From assembly GCF_021028975.2 (NCBI RefSeq), contig NC_059427.1, positions 10,726,001-10,790,000 of the forward strand: a stretch of DNA of 64,000 nt, written 5' to 3'. Positions 36,753 to 49,805 of the stretch are shown here, in pieces. A model generated the notes under the pieces. The model was not told where the DNA came from. It did not search any database and saw nothing but the letters and a program-made list of their open reading frames with translations. The position numbers and the translations under genes were made by a program. The stretch is from Sphaerodactylus townsendi (lineage: Eukaryota). Position 1 is the first letter of the stretch. Each line of letters opens with the position of its first letter.

Positions 36753-37291
36753 TATGTGTCAAACAGGTCTGGAGAGGTGGCTTACACAATTCCTAAATCA
36801 ACAAATACACTACACTGGCCATTCCCTTTCCTCACAGTATCCTGAGTAATTTAGATATTTAGTGGGGGGACAGTCTCACTAGCTCTGTCTCCCTGAACCC
36901 TCACAAAACTACAACTCCCAGAATTCTTTGTCAGAAACCAGTCCAGTTAAAAAGATGTGGATAGTCAGAGAATGACTGTAATGTGGATGTGCTTAGTCAG
37001 TGTAGGATTGCCAACCTCCAGGCAGTATCTGGTGATCTCCTGCAGTTACAGCTGGTATCCAGGCTACAGAGATTAATTTCTGGTAGAAAATGTTGCTTTT
37101 GAGGATGGCCTTTATCATACCCAACTGAGGTCTTTCTGCTCCCCAAACTCCACTTTCCTCAGAACCCCAAATCTCCAGGAGTTTCTCATCCCAGAGTCAG
37201 CAGCTCTACCATTGACTGTGTTTCTTTTCTCAAAGTGTAGGCCAGCTCTTAGTTTGCTATATGTGTGTTCATAGGCTTCCAATTTCCTCTA

Positions 37292-37579
37292 GGAGCAGCA
37301 GTGGCATAGGAGGTTAAGAGCTCGTGCATCTAATCTGGAGGAACCGGGTTTGATTCCCCGCTCTGCCGCCTGAGCTGTGGAGGTTTATCTGGGGAATTCA
37401 GATTAGCCTGTACACTCCCACACATGCCAGCTGGGTGACCTTGGCTAGTCACAGCTTCTCGGAGCTCTCTCAGCCCCACCCACCTCACAGGGTGTTTGTT
37501 GTGGGGGGGGAAGGGCAAGGAGATTGTAAGCCCCTTTGAGTCTCCTGCAGGAGAGAAAGGGGGGGATATACATCCAAAC

Positions 37580-37610
<31 letters not shown>
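37292..37610 (+). mobile_element. Squam3-like SINE
   Basis: Near-identical to 2308-2611. Confidence 0.8.
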
Positions 37611-37611
<1 letters not shown>

Positions 37612-37653
37612 ACTCCAAAGGACTGGATTTCATAATGACTCTGTTTTTTCCAG

Positions 37654-38522
37654 GAGACAATTGGCATATAATCGTAAAAGAGGAAGAAGTGGATCTTCAG
37701 CTGGAAGAACCGAAAGAAGTGGGCACCCCTGGTGCATTGTGGGAAGGTAAAGAGAAGTTTTTCCAAGTTCCTGAGCAGGAACAGATACACAAAAGTTTGC
37801 CTGAGCCAGACAATTACCAGGAAAGCCATTCCTGGAAGACATCAGAACAAACTTTTCTTTGCGAAGGGACTGGGAAACTTTTGCACGGAAAGACCCTCCA
37901 AGAGGGCTTATGCCAACATAAGAGGAAAAAGGCAGGTGCAGATTGTAAGAAAGATATCCGCCAGAGTTTGAACTTTCTTGAGTATCAGCAAATAGAAACA
38001 GGAGGAAAAACATACAAATCCACTGAATGGGGCAAGAGCTTTAAGTTGAAACTGCATCTTAATATGCATGAACGATTGCATGCCAGAGGGAGACCTTCTA
38101 TATGGTCAGACTTTGGAAAAAAGTTCCCCCGGCCCTATGAAGCTTCTCGACCTCAGGAGATCTATGCCAAAACAAACCAGCATACGTGCTCTGAGTGTGG
38201 TAGAACCTTTAGCAGGCAGTCCCACCTCTTGATACATCAGAGAATGCACACTGGAGAAAAACCTTACACATGCTCGGAGTGTGGGAAAAGCTTCAGTTAC
38301 AGCTCAGTCCTTACAGAACACGAAAGAATCCACACTGGGGAGAAACCCTATGAGTGTTCAGACTGCGGGCAAAGCTTTAGCCGGAGGTCATACCTGATTC
38401 AGCACGAGAGAACCCACACAGGAGTGAAGCCATACGAATGTGCAGAGTGCCAGAAATGTTTCACCCGTCGCAGTGGCCTTCTTCGACATCAGAAACTCCA
38501 CATGGCCCCGAAGCAATGTTAA
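37654..38522 (+). CDS. SCAN-ZNF gene C, zinc-finger exon (4 intact fingers after about 3 degenerate ones)
   Basis: Phase-1 acceptor TTTTCCAG|GA, C2H2 array, stop at 38522. Confidence 0.9.
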
Positions 38523-39977
38523 TTCCAGCATTATTATTTTTTTGTAATAGTTTACAGACACGAGAAAAGGTCATGTGGTTTTCCAGTGTGGTTGATTTTA
38601 GACTGTATATTTAAGCAAAGCACCATCTGTTTAGGAACAGAACTGGCAGGCTCAGTCCAAAGGTCTAGCTTGTGGAAGACCTTTTGCTGTATCTTCCTCC
38701 TGTTATGATGTTGCTTGTGTTGGGTTCAAATGTCTTTTTCTTGGCTCCCTACCCAAAGTCTGCAATTTATGGATAATAATACAGACCTTCCTTACTGGGG
38801 TTGTTTTAAGGATTATTTATGTGATACACTTTGAACGCTCAAGCCAGTGCTGTGCGGTGGTCAGGACTAAGGCTGGCAAGATCTGGTTTCAAATTCTCAC
38901 AGAAACATGAAAGTTGCTGGGTGACGTCAGGCCAGTCTCTCTCTCTCAGCCCATCCTATCTGAAGGTTGCTGGATGATCTTGGGCCAATCACACATTTTT
39001 CAGCCTGTTCCTACCTCACAGGGTTGTTGTGAGGATAAAATAGAAGAATGGAGAACAATATGAGCCACTTTGGGTCCTCATTGAAGAAGAAGATGAAGTG
39101 TCAATGAAGTAAATGAGTAAAATAATAATAAACAAATGGAGGCAGGGAGAGCTATGATGACCTCCCACACAAGCTGCTTGAAATATGGGTGGGATAAAAA
39201 TGTACCAACTAAATAAACCATTTTGCCGGCTGCAAAATGGTTGCTACAGTATAATTTCAGTCACACAGTGAATTTCTTTGTGCTGTGGTAGCAGTTTGTT
39301 GCCAAAGCAACATTTTAAAGAGATCTACACAGCCAATCAGAAGCCTTGCTGGGCAAAAGCCCCACCTAGCTCACCCGCTTTCTCAAAAACACTTGACAGG
39401 AACCGAAATAGGTATTGGTGGGTGCCAAGGCACCATATTGTTTTCCTGTGCTTTATATATAAATTGGACTGAGAACAGATGGAACTAATCTATTGGATAG
39501 GTTTTTCACACAATATCAGCTTTTTGTGGTTTCCCCATTGCTGCTACAATTTCCAATAAAGTGCAGTGGCACCAGGGATTCCACTTGGCAAGTTCTCCAA
39601 CATTTTCCTCACCCCAGATCTCCAACAGTAGCTATTTGTTTTACATACCGACACACACTTACACAGCCCACCAGGTCTTTTCCCTTTAAAAACAACAACA
39701 AGCAATTTAATGTTGTTATAATAATATAACAATGTGTGCATCAGGTTCTTTGAATTCCCATTTTCTTTAAATGCTTTAAATTTCATTTTTAAAAAGTATT
39801 ATTTTACACTTTTGATTCCAGAGATTTACCTTTCCTCTGATATCTTCCCAATGAAAAAGGTTATAGAATTACTTTAAAAAAAACCCCAAAAGCTGGAATT
39901 CAGATACTCACACAGATCATCATATCTTTGTATGATATAATGAATAATGATAGCCACTTCCCATAAAACCAAAAAAA

Positions 39978-40245
39978 GAAGAAGAGTTGGATTTATATCC
40001 ACCCTTTCTCTCCTGTAAGGAGACTCAAAGGGGCTTAAAATCTAATTCCCCACCCCCGGTGAGATAGGTGGGGCTGAGAGAGCTCAGAAGAACTGTGACT
40101 AGCCCAAGGTCACCCAGCTGGCATGTATTGGAGTGCATAGGCTAATCTGAATTCCCCAGATAAGCCTTCACAGCTCAAGCGGCAGAGCGGGGAATCAAAC
40201 CAGGTTACTCCAGATTAGAGTACACCTGCTCTTAACCACTACATC
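39978..40245 (-). mobile_element. Squam3-like SINE
   Basis: Reverse-complement similarity to the other copies. Confidence 0.75.
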
Positions 40246-40952
40246 AGAGCTGCTCCAAAGGGCTTCATGGCAGCAGAAGGATATGGCATCAGTAGGCAGG
40301 GAAAATGGCCACTATGCACACTAGGCCCAGGCAAATCTGATTTTTTTCAACCACATGACTTTGTAGCAATCTTTTCCAAACTTTAAGAAAAAAGCATCAA
40401 ACCTGGGCTATAATGAGGCAAAATTGATATCACAGAAACCCAGATGCCAGGAAATGCTGGCTGCTTTTACTATGCTTTGCATAGTAAAAATATTACAGAT
40501 ACATATTACAGTGAATGGGAGTACAGCCTGCACTTACCAAAGAAACAGCCAATATCTCTTCAGTTAAAAAAAAAGCAGGGCGGGCAATACCTGAATAAAT
40601 GTATGATTTAAATTGTGTATTTCATCATATATACTTGGTACATGCACAATATTTTATTCAACAAAATTTATATCCTCTGCCAGGTTTGTGCCAGGAAGTT
40701 TGAGGGTGGGGAACATTGCTCGTTTTTGGGTTAGACATGGAAGCATTCAGATGTTCTCGACTGAATCACAGAGACAGCCCATATCTGTACACACTTCCCC
40801 CATGAGCTACCGGTAACAATCCCATGGAAATAGGGTTGTCTGTGACCAGGCAACTCAACCTGAAGAAGAATGTCCTGTCCCTTTAACAAATGGGTGGCAA
40901 TGGGCAGTTGAAACTTTTCCTGACTTTGAGGTAAATAAACCTTTTGTTAAGC

Positions 40953-41510
40953 AAGCCTTTATTGGCATAGACAGCAGTACAACAATAATAAAAACAGATT
41001 AAAAAGCATATACAATACAGGATATACATGTTAGGACGAAGGAAATCTACTGGCATTTAGTAATTTCCAGGAGAAAGTCTGCCACTATCATACAGAGAGA
41101 AGGATCAGAGTTGTCCAACAAGTAGTGTAATTAATTAAATCGGGGAGATTGGGTAAATGTAAAGGAGTGAGATTCACATACTTGGATCTGATTTCCTTGA
41201 ATCTGAGACAGTGAAGTAATTGGTGGGCCAGAGATTCAACTGAGCCATCGTTACATGGGCACAATCTTTTAGCCTTTTCTTGCTTATTAAATCTGCCATG
41301 TAACAAGGCAGAAGGCATAACATTAAACCTGGCAAGCATTATGGCTCTCCTTTGAACAGGGTTTACTAAGCAATACAGGTAGTATGCCAAGTGGGAGAGA
41401 AAAATACACAGGGGAGCACGTTTTCTTGGCTGCGGTGATTAGGGTAGAGAACTCTCTATTCAATAGTTGACCTTTTAATTTCCTATAAGCTTCTGAGTAG
41501 GACAAAGGGC
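40953..41510 (-). mobile_element. 5'-truncated non-LTR retrotransposon with a C-terminal CCHC knuckle (RTE-X-like; clade uncertain)
   Basis: RLCPCNDGSVESLAHQLLHC motif, AATAAA tail and a 16-bp TSD aaaccttttgttaagc (40937-40952 and 41511-41526). Confidence 0.85.
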
Positions 41511-42376
41511 AAACCTTTTGTTAAGCTTCTATCAGAGATTTTTCTACACTGCTTATTCATTGTGGATCTTTGCTTTCTCCATCTTGCCCTGCTATATCAC
41601 CTTGGCACCTGGCGTTCTGTTGTCACAATGCCCACTGTAATGAGGCCGACAGCATTCTGGAAGCCTCCAAGGCGTCAGTTTTCTTCTCTTTGGCTGAGCT
41701 CCTCAGCATCTTTGAACTCTGTCCGTGGACTGTCTTGCAAAGCATTGAGTTCAAGAGAACTCAGGTCCAATGAAAGCTGCTGTCTCTGTTCAGTGAATCT
41801 GTGTTCATCAGGTTGCTGACATCCGCCCCACTCAAGCAACAGCTCTGTATCTTTTGACGGCCGCAGGACAGGCAGAAATTCATCTGGTGAAGAGGACTGC
41901 CCACCTACTTGTAATTATAACGTTTTACTTCATTGTTATTTTCCAAAGGTTGCATGCATCTATCATCCATTTTAGCTTCACAACAACCATGTAGGGTAGG
42001 GCCAGCTGAGAAAGGAACATGTGGTGGCTTGTTAGCAGAATATCTGCTTTGCGTACGTCCCCCAGAGAGCTCCCACTCCTCCTAGGCCCTGCCCCTAAAT
42101 TCCCAAGAGTATCCCAAGCCAGAGTGGAAACCCATGTTGTGGAACAGGACTGATGATAACCAAAGGGTGTATATATGCTTCATCCTCAAATTGAACTACA
42201 CAACCACTCCTTCAGCGGCATTGCCCCAAGCTTCAAAGCAACCATATAAGCTACTAAGAAAGAAAGATCCTGATGATGGCTCTGCCGCTTCATGTCTGGT
42301 TGGATCCGCACTGTTATGAAACGTAGCAAGCGAACTTGGGCAAGTCAATAACTTTTCTCTTTCTCTCAGTCTAACC

Positions 42377-42816
42377 CAGGGGTAGGGAACTCATGCGGCT
42401 CCCGAGGCAGCCGCATGCTTGCACTTCCGTTCTCAACTAGCCGGCAGCTGGAGCTCCATCTCTTCTGCCTCTGCAGGCAGTAGGGTGTGGTGTGAACCAA
42501 CTGCCCGCCAGTCGGCTACAAGCGCCAGCTGGCTTCCTCTCTCAGCCCTCTGCCCCGCTGAGCTGGGCGGCACTTCCCGGCGGCAGCTGGCGAAGCCAGC
42601 CGCTGGGTTCTGAGTCCTTGCCCCGCCCTGCAGGCAGCAGGGCGGGCGCATCCATGCGCTTCTCAGAATGAGCGGAGTAAAAGGTTAAAAAACCCAATAT
42701 TTACAGTGTTATCTGTATTTTAAATGTCAAAAATTATTTGCGGCTCCAAGTGTTTTCTTTTCCCATGGAAAACGGGTCCAAATGGCTCTTTGAGCATTAA
42801 AGGTTCCCTACCCCTG
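42377..42816. mobile_element. Non-autonomous hAT element (Charlie-like)
   Basis: TIR CAGGGGTAGGGAAC and perfect 8-bp TSD gtctaacc. Confidence 0.9.
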
Positions 42817-44180
42817 GTCTAACCTACCTTATAAGACAAAAAGGGGAGATGAATGTATGATAGCAGGACACAAGTGTAGAAGAAGAGGAGTTTGGGTTTA
42901 TACCCTGTCTTTATCTCCTGTAAGAAGTCTCAAATTGGCTTACAAGCTCCTTTCCCTTCCTCTCCCCACAACAGACCCCTCGTGAGGTAGGTGGGGCTGA
43001 GAGAGTCCTGAGAGAACTGTGACTGTCCCAAGGTCATCCAGCAGGCATCTTGTGGAGGAGGGAACAAACCTGGTTCTCCAATTAGAGTCCATCACTCTTA
43101 ACGACCACACTAAGCTGGTGTTAAACGAACAAAGCAATAATTACTAATTATTAGCTAGAGTTGCAGCGCCCAGGTGGGGGCTGGCGATCTCCTGGAATTA
43201 TAATTAATCTCCAGATTACAGAGATCAGTTCCTTTGGAGCACACATGTCAAACTTTTGGCCCTCCAGATGTTATGGACTACAGTTCCCATCATCCCCTGC
43301 CAGCATAATGCTGGCAGGGGGTGATGGGAACTGTAGTCCATAACATCTGGAGGGCCACAAGTTTGACACCTGTGCTTTGGAGGAAATGCTTGGTTTGGGT
43401 GTTGACTCTATGGTATTGGACTTGGCTGAGATCCCTTCTTTCCCTGAACCCTGACCTCCCCAGGCTTCTATCCAGATCTCCAGGAATACTCCACCCCAGA
43501 GTTGGCAACTTTACATGACAACGCAGTAAGATAATAAAGACTAAATATAAGTGTACATGTGTACACACACATACACACTATTAATAACCAGGATGTAAAC
43601 ATAATGGTATAATGTTAACCTTTTCCAACCTGGAATGTAGTAGAATGAAGGGGTGGTTTTTTTGCAGCTCCTAACCTGGTCATTCCTTAAAAAATCAGCA
43701 CTGTTAAGATGGTTGGAACTCTTTTTCTGTACTTCTCACTGCTCAGATAGACTGCTCTTTCCTTGTGGTCCTCTGCAGCCCAGTGCTCTCATATGCTCCT
43801 AATTTCTCAGTTTCTAATGCCTTGGTATTTTAATGGCTTGTTGTGTCGTTGAATTTTGTGCTTTAAATGTACCTGTTTGTTTCCCCCTTTAATGCCTTGA
43901 CTAATATTCTGAAAAGTGGGTAAAACATAATTTTTGGGTCTCTGCCTTCAGCTGGCAACTTTACTCCGCCTGGCTGGCTGCCCTTTCTGCGCCTCCAAGC
44001 AATTGGCCGTGCTGTTTTTTCTTCTTGATGCACAAATCGTTATTCTTCCCCGAGGGGGTGAAAAAAAAAAACCATCAGTCAGCCTCGGATAGTTGCAACA
44101 ACTGCCGTTATCTTACACAGACTGGCTGCTCTCCCCCCTATAGAATCCAATTTCCCCCTTCTGTCCCCTAAGCATGGCCG

Positions 44181-44420
44181 AAAGGGTTAAACGCACTGAG
44201 TTCTTCTTTCCTAGAACGTCCCAAACAGCTCAAAGTGAGAACCGAGCCAACAAAAAAAAAAAGAGGTAGCAAAGGACGCCTTCCTGCTTCCTGTCCTCTC
44301 CCTTTACTGTCCTTAATGGGATCCCCACTTCTGGATTTCTTACTGTTTTGTTTTATTTCCCCAGACAGGGAGCAACTTCAAACACGTGTCTCTTCGCCAG
44401 CATGGAAAAAGAGGGTGAGT
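44181..44420 (+). promoter_or_regulatory. Putative promoter and non-coding first exon of gene D
   Basis: AAAGGGTTAAACGCACTGAGTTC...CCTAGA motif, CpG enrichment, GTGAGT donor at 44415. Confidence 0.55.
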
Positions 44421-44677
44421 GTCCTGCAAAGAATAGGCGGATTTCTGGAAGGGGGCGAAGCTGTGCAGGGAAGAGTTGCAAAAGGGGGGGGGGGCAATGT
44501 CTGAGATAGTTGGATCATATGTCAAAAGGTGCTCATTTCCACTGGTTGCCTTGCCCACCTTAGGACTTGGAAGCCCCTCCCCCCCCCAAAGGTGCTGGTG
44601 GATGATGATCTCCCGGAATTAACTGATCTCCAGGCAACAGAGATCACAGTGTGTAACAGACTTCCCTCTGTGATACA

Positions 44678-44718
44678 CCTCTGAAGATGCCAGCCACAGA
44701 TGCAGGCGAAACGTTAGG
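44678..44718 (+). ncRNA. Penelope-derived minimal hammerhead motif
   Basis: CCT-CTGAAGA-TGCC...GGC-GAAAC-GTT-AGG. Confidence 0.55.
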
Positions 44719-45742
44719 AACAAGATCCACCAGACCATGGCCACACAGCCCGGAAAACCCACCAGAACCAACAGAGATCAGTTATCCCTGGAGAAAATAG
44801 CTGCTTTGGAAAGCGAGATCAATGACATTATACCCTGATGAAGTTTTCCCCTCCTAAAACCTGGCTTCTTCCCAGGATCAACCTCCAACATCTCCAGGAA
44901 TTTCCAAATTCAGAGCTGGCAATGTTATGTACCCTCCCCCCACCAAAAAAAAATCCCTGTCCAGTTTTGTAATCCTAAGTCTGCTGCATGGTTTGTACTA
45001 TGTCGTTGCTATTTGAAGAGAATTTGTGTTTCATATTTTGTAATGGGCTTTCAGTTTCAGTAAGGGGGCAGGGGTAAGGGGGTTTGAGTAAGTAAGGGGT
45101 GTACCTGCCCGCCTCAAGTTGTTTAGGGCCACATTTTGTTAACTTACTCAGGACTCCTGAATTGTGTGTTTAAATCTAGGTTTTATATTTTGAATTATTT
45201 CATTTCATATGTTTTTATCTATGCTGTAAATTACCTGGAGCTCCATATGGACAAAAGGCAACTAATACATGTTTTAAATACATATAAATAAAGAGAATAA
45301 TAATAACGGTACCAGTAGCTCAGTCTTACCATTGCTGACTGGCAAGAGTTCTCTAGGATGTTTTTCCCAACACAAATTGCTGGTAATTTTTACCTGGAGA
45401 TACTGGAAATTGAACCTAGAAATTTCTGTGCACCAACAGGTGGCCTGTTGTTGAGACACAGCTCCTCCCCAAATTTTGAAAGTAATCCAAAAGCAGATTT
45501 GATTGTGAAAAATGCAGACGTAAAAGACCCATACCTTTCAATATAGCTCTCCCAGCCATACTTAACTTTGTTTCTTACTGGTAGAAGTGAAATCCTGAAG
45601 GGGTGGGGAATTTAGATCGATGATCAAAGTATGAATGAGTTGGATAGATGATCTGACTGTTCCATTTTTCCCAGGGAAGATTGGTGGCTATCTCTTCCTC
45701 TGCTGCCTTTCAAAACCAAGAGGCAAAATATTGTTTGCATTG

Positions 45743-45956
45743 AGGTGCTGTGTGGTTTCCGGGCTGTATGGCCATGTTCTAGCAGCATTCTCTCCTGACG
45801 TTTCGCCTGCATCTGTGGCTGGCAGAGGATCCTCTGAAGATGCCAGCCACAGATGCAGGTGAAACGTCAGGAGAGAATGCTGCTAGAACACGGCCATACA
45901 GTCTGGAAACCACACAGCGCCCCAGTGATTCTGTCCGTGAAAGCCTTCGACAATAC
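45743..45956. mobile_element. Penelope pLTR-derived palindromic remnant with a sense hammerhead motif at 45830-45872
   Basis: Inverted arms matching 18591-19301; contains TCCT-CTGAAGA...GGT-GAAAC-GTC-AGGA. Confidence 0.78.
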
Positions 45957-45996
45957 ATTGTTTGCACTGTCTTTTACAGAGCATGTGGAAGTAAAG

Positions 45997-46695
45997 ATGG
46001 AAAAATTGGATCCAGATGGACCCCCGAAAGAGGCAAGAGACCCTACTGGTGCTTCACTAGGAACTGGTAGGGAGGCCCTCAGTGGGCTGGCTCCAAAGCA
46101 AATTAAGCTGGAACCTGAAGAGGGGTCACAGCACCAGTGGGAAGCCCAGTGGCAGGAGTTCCTGAAGACGGTGGAGTCCCCTCGCTCAGGATGGCGGCGG
46201 CCACAGATACCTCAGCTGCAATCATGGGAGAATACAAAATCTTTTCAGGACTTCTTCAGGGGAGTTGCAGATGTAACCCAGCACCTTGGGGGACAGCTTG
46301 AGACTGAGTCTCCATTGGGTCTCCATAGGGGCCTCTGCGAGGCCCTGGAAAGTCCAGACCCCCCTGTGGCAGTGAAAGAAGAGAGGCTGGATGAAAAGGG
46401 TGTCGACCCGCAGGTGAGCTGTCGGCGCTTCAGGCGCTTCTGCTACTGGGAGGCCAAAGGGCCCCGAGACGTTTGCCGGCAGCTCTGGAGACTCTGTTGT
46501 CAGTGGCTGGAGCCAGAGAGATGCACCAAGGAGGAGATCCTGGATCTGCTGGTCTTGGAGCAGTTCCTGAGCATCCTGCCAGAGGAAATGCAGAGCTGGG
46601 TGCAGGAAGGAGGGCCCAAGAGCTGCCTCCAGGCGGTGACCTTGGCTGAGGCATTCTTGCTTAGGCTGGAGGAGCCGGAGAAACAAGGAGGGCAG
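45997..46695 (+). CDS. SCAN-ZNF gene D, SCAN exon
   Basis: Acceptor TTTTACAG at 45979, ATG at 45997, [10 protein letters not shown] and SCAN motifs, phase-0 donor CAG|GTGAGT. Confidence 0.88.
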
Positions 46696-47470
46696 GTGAG
46701 TGCATTGCCATTTGGGAAGTCCGAGAGGGGATGGGGCTGTGATTCAGGGGCATAGCACCTGCCTTGGTGGCCCCAGGTTTGCTCCCCAGCACCTTCCGGG
46801 AAGGGACCCTTCTGGCCTGGTTTCCCGGATATCTGCTGGTAGATGACCTAAAATGACAGCATGTGAGATAGACCAATGGGCTGACTCAGATTAATTGCAT
46901 GCAGTCTCTTTATGCACGGAAGAGACAACATAACAGCAGTCTTAGCCTGGCTTAGAGGGGACTTAGGATAAACACAAGAATCCAGCGCAGGCAAGACACG
47001 CATACATGCTGATGAAAATGACAGCACACCACGAAACGGGCATAAAACCAGGAAGCGCATCTTTGATTTTAATATTATGGATGGTTGTTGAATGGTGGAC
47101 ATTGGGACTCTCTCCTAGAGGACTTGATGTGAGAATTGGGCAATATACTTGAATGTTTATGGTGCGCTTTTGGAGATTCTTGAGTCACATATTCCTAACT
47201 ATTTTACAGTTTCTGCGCTTTAGCAGACACACTTGCACAGAAGTATTAAAAACATGTAGCACTTTTGCACTGGATATATTTGTGTACACAATTGTGATTT
47301 TTTTTGGTTGTCACCTTGATATAGTTTCCTTTTTTTTAGGGTTTGTCTTTTCCAGTATATACTATATCTAGTGGATTCTGCATGGGTCAAAAACAGCCGT
47401 GTGAAAACGGTGTAAAAGGGTTTAAAACGGTGTAAAAGGTGGTCACGTGAAGCTGCCTTATTGTATACTC

Positions 47471-47614
47471 CAGGGATCTGCAACCTGCAGCTCTCCAGAT
47501 GTTCGTGGACTACAATTCCCATCAGCCCCTGCCAGCATGGCCAATTGGGAATTGTAGTCCATGAACATCTGGAGAGACATGAACATCTGGAGAGCCGTAG
47601 GTTGCAGACCCCTG
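47471..47614. mobile_element. Palindromic hAT MITE
   Basis: Same family as 2134-2285; TSD gtatactc/gtctactc. Confidence 0.85.
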
Positions 47615-47798
47615 GTCTACTCAGACTGAAAGCAGCTCTCCGGGGTGTCAGGCTGAGATCTTTCACATAACGTACTGCCTTTTCCTGTTAACTGGTGATG
47701 CTGTGGAGTGAACCAGGGACCCTCTGTATGCCAAGCAGATGGTCTACTGCTGAGCCACAGCCCCTCTACCTCATCTTTGGGTTCATAACTGTCTCTGT

Positions 47799-48800
47799 TG
47801 TTACCAGCCAGACCTAGTGGTGAGATGGGGAGGCCCTGTTTTTAGCAAATACAGGCCAAAGATGGATGCCATCTCCTGTATCTAACCCCAGTAGTGCCAG
47901 TAAGAAAGAATCTGCCAGGACAAGCCTCCTGTCAGTCATTGAGATGCATAGCAGTTTGCTTCACTTTCCCCCACCCCCTCACCAAAGGCAATCTTGAAAG
48001 ACAAAGCATAAACCTGCAGGACTGCAGCACCCCTGTCTCCAGTGAACAAAGGGTATGCAGATAGCCAACGGCCTAACACAATCAGAACTGCCTTTGTCCT
48101 ATTCCCTGCCTCACTAATTCTATCTTCCTGACTAACCTCCGGAAAAGACCGTTAAAAATCTGCATTGGAATCACCCCAGAACTGTAATTGTATTAGTTCC
48201 ACCTGAAGATTAATCACTGGGCACTCCTCGGGCTTGAGCCATCAAGCCAAAGTGTCCGCTTTTGTTCTCCTCTGAAGGACAAGAGCTTCCTTTGTCCAGG
48301 AAGATTTAGCTCTTAACATTGCTGGAAGGGAAAGTTTCCCTATAAATTAGCTGCCCACCTTGCAGTCAGTGCCCAGTGCTTTCTGGACTAACCCCTGATT
48401 CAGTTGCACTGCATGCCATCTGCTTTCACCTCTTCTCCTTGGTCCTCAGTGCTGATGCTGAATTTTGCTTCTCAAGCCATTCCTCTTCAAGGTCATTATT
48501 ACCCTTCCCCACAATGCCCCAAACTATTCCAAACCTTTCCTCTCAACTCTATCTACATGCTAGGACTGTTTGAACACTCTGTGTGCTTGTGTTTTATGTT
48601 TGAGCGTGTGTAAGTTTATCATTTTACCCTCCAATAAAATTGCTAAACTTTATTTCTGACTCCTGCAGATTTCTGAGGAGAACCACCTACCATAAACAAA
48701 GATAGAAAAGATCTCGTGGCTACCCCCTCTCAAAAGGCAGGTCTGTCACTTGCTAATTCCCCCATCTAAAAAGGAACAGACTGAACCATTTCGGATAACA
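47799..48800 (+). mobile_element. Solo LTR (ERV-like, about 1 kb)
   Basis: TGTTA...TAACA termini, 4-bp TSD ctgt, TATAAA at about 48341 and AATAAA at about 48633. Confidence 0.82.
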
Positions 48801-49088
48801 CTGTGGGATAATGCATCTTGAGGCAGGAAATATATGGAACCTCCATGTTTAGGAGCAGTGTTCTGCTGCTGAGAGCCAACCACCAGGGAAAGGCTTTTTT
48901 TGCTTTGTCCTCTTGACAGTCGTTGGAAACACAGTGCTAGGCTAGAGAGATCCTCATCCTGAATGTGGCAAGGCGCTCTTGAATGAAATCTGGTCTACTT
49001 TACTGCCTTTGCTGCTACACAGTGGAGTCAGGCATTTGTTCTCCCTGTCCTGTCATGACATTTCCCTGCGTTTGTTCTCTAGTGTCAG

Positions 49089-49215
49089 GAGCTGGAGCCT
49101 TTTGAGGAGGTGATTGTTCATTCCCCCAAGGAAGAGCCGGATCTGTCAGATACCGAGGAGATGGAGCTCTCTGGGACAGCAATGCAGGAGGGCAAGGCGG
49201 GTGCCAGGGTGTTTG
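49089..49215 (+). CDS. SCAN-ZNF gene D, middle exon (127 nt, degenerate KRAB-A-like)
   Basis: Acceptor AG at 49087-49088 (alternative at 49081-49082), donor TTTG|GTAAG. Translates as ELEPFEEVIVHSPKEEPDLSD...MQE. Confidence 0.8.
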
Positions 49216-49805
49216 GTAAGTATCTGTAGGATGAGCAGTGGCATATCACCCAGGGGACGAGGGGGGGCACGCGTCTTGTGGGGGTGGGACATTCCAGGAG
49301 CACAGGGCACATATGCCCTGGGCGCAGTTCCCCCTCGCTACGGCACTAAGGGTGAGACTGGGCGAACAGTTAAAATACAAAGTACATTGGATGGTTTCCT
49401 GAGCTTGCAGGCTTTCTGTCCAGCCATGATTGCTGGTGTAGCTTTGAGCCTCTGCTCACCATTTTTGAGGATAGGACGTAAAGAAAGAATCAAGACCCTT
49501 CTTTGTGAACTTCCTGCTGTTATGCCACTTTGCACTGGGAGGAAAGGTGGGATATGCATGTTTAATAAATAAATGAATTTTGGGTAGCAAATGCCAGGTC
49601 AGATTAGAGACAGGAATTATGTTTGTGGAGGCATTCGCCATATTTTTCTCCCCAGTGGTAATTCAAAGAGGTTAACAGTGTAAACTGCTTTGGGGGAAAG
49701 ATGGCACGTAGATGAAGTAAATAAATAAAACAGCTTACAGCCTCATTTCTCCTCTCCTGCATTTTATACTCACAGCAGTCCTGTGAGATTGCTTAGGCCT
49801 TAGGC

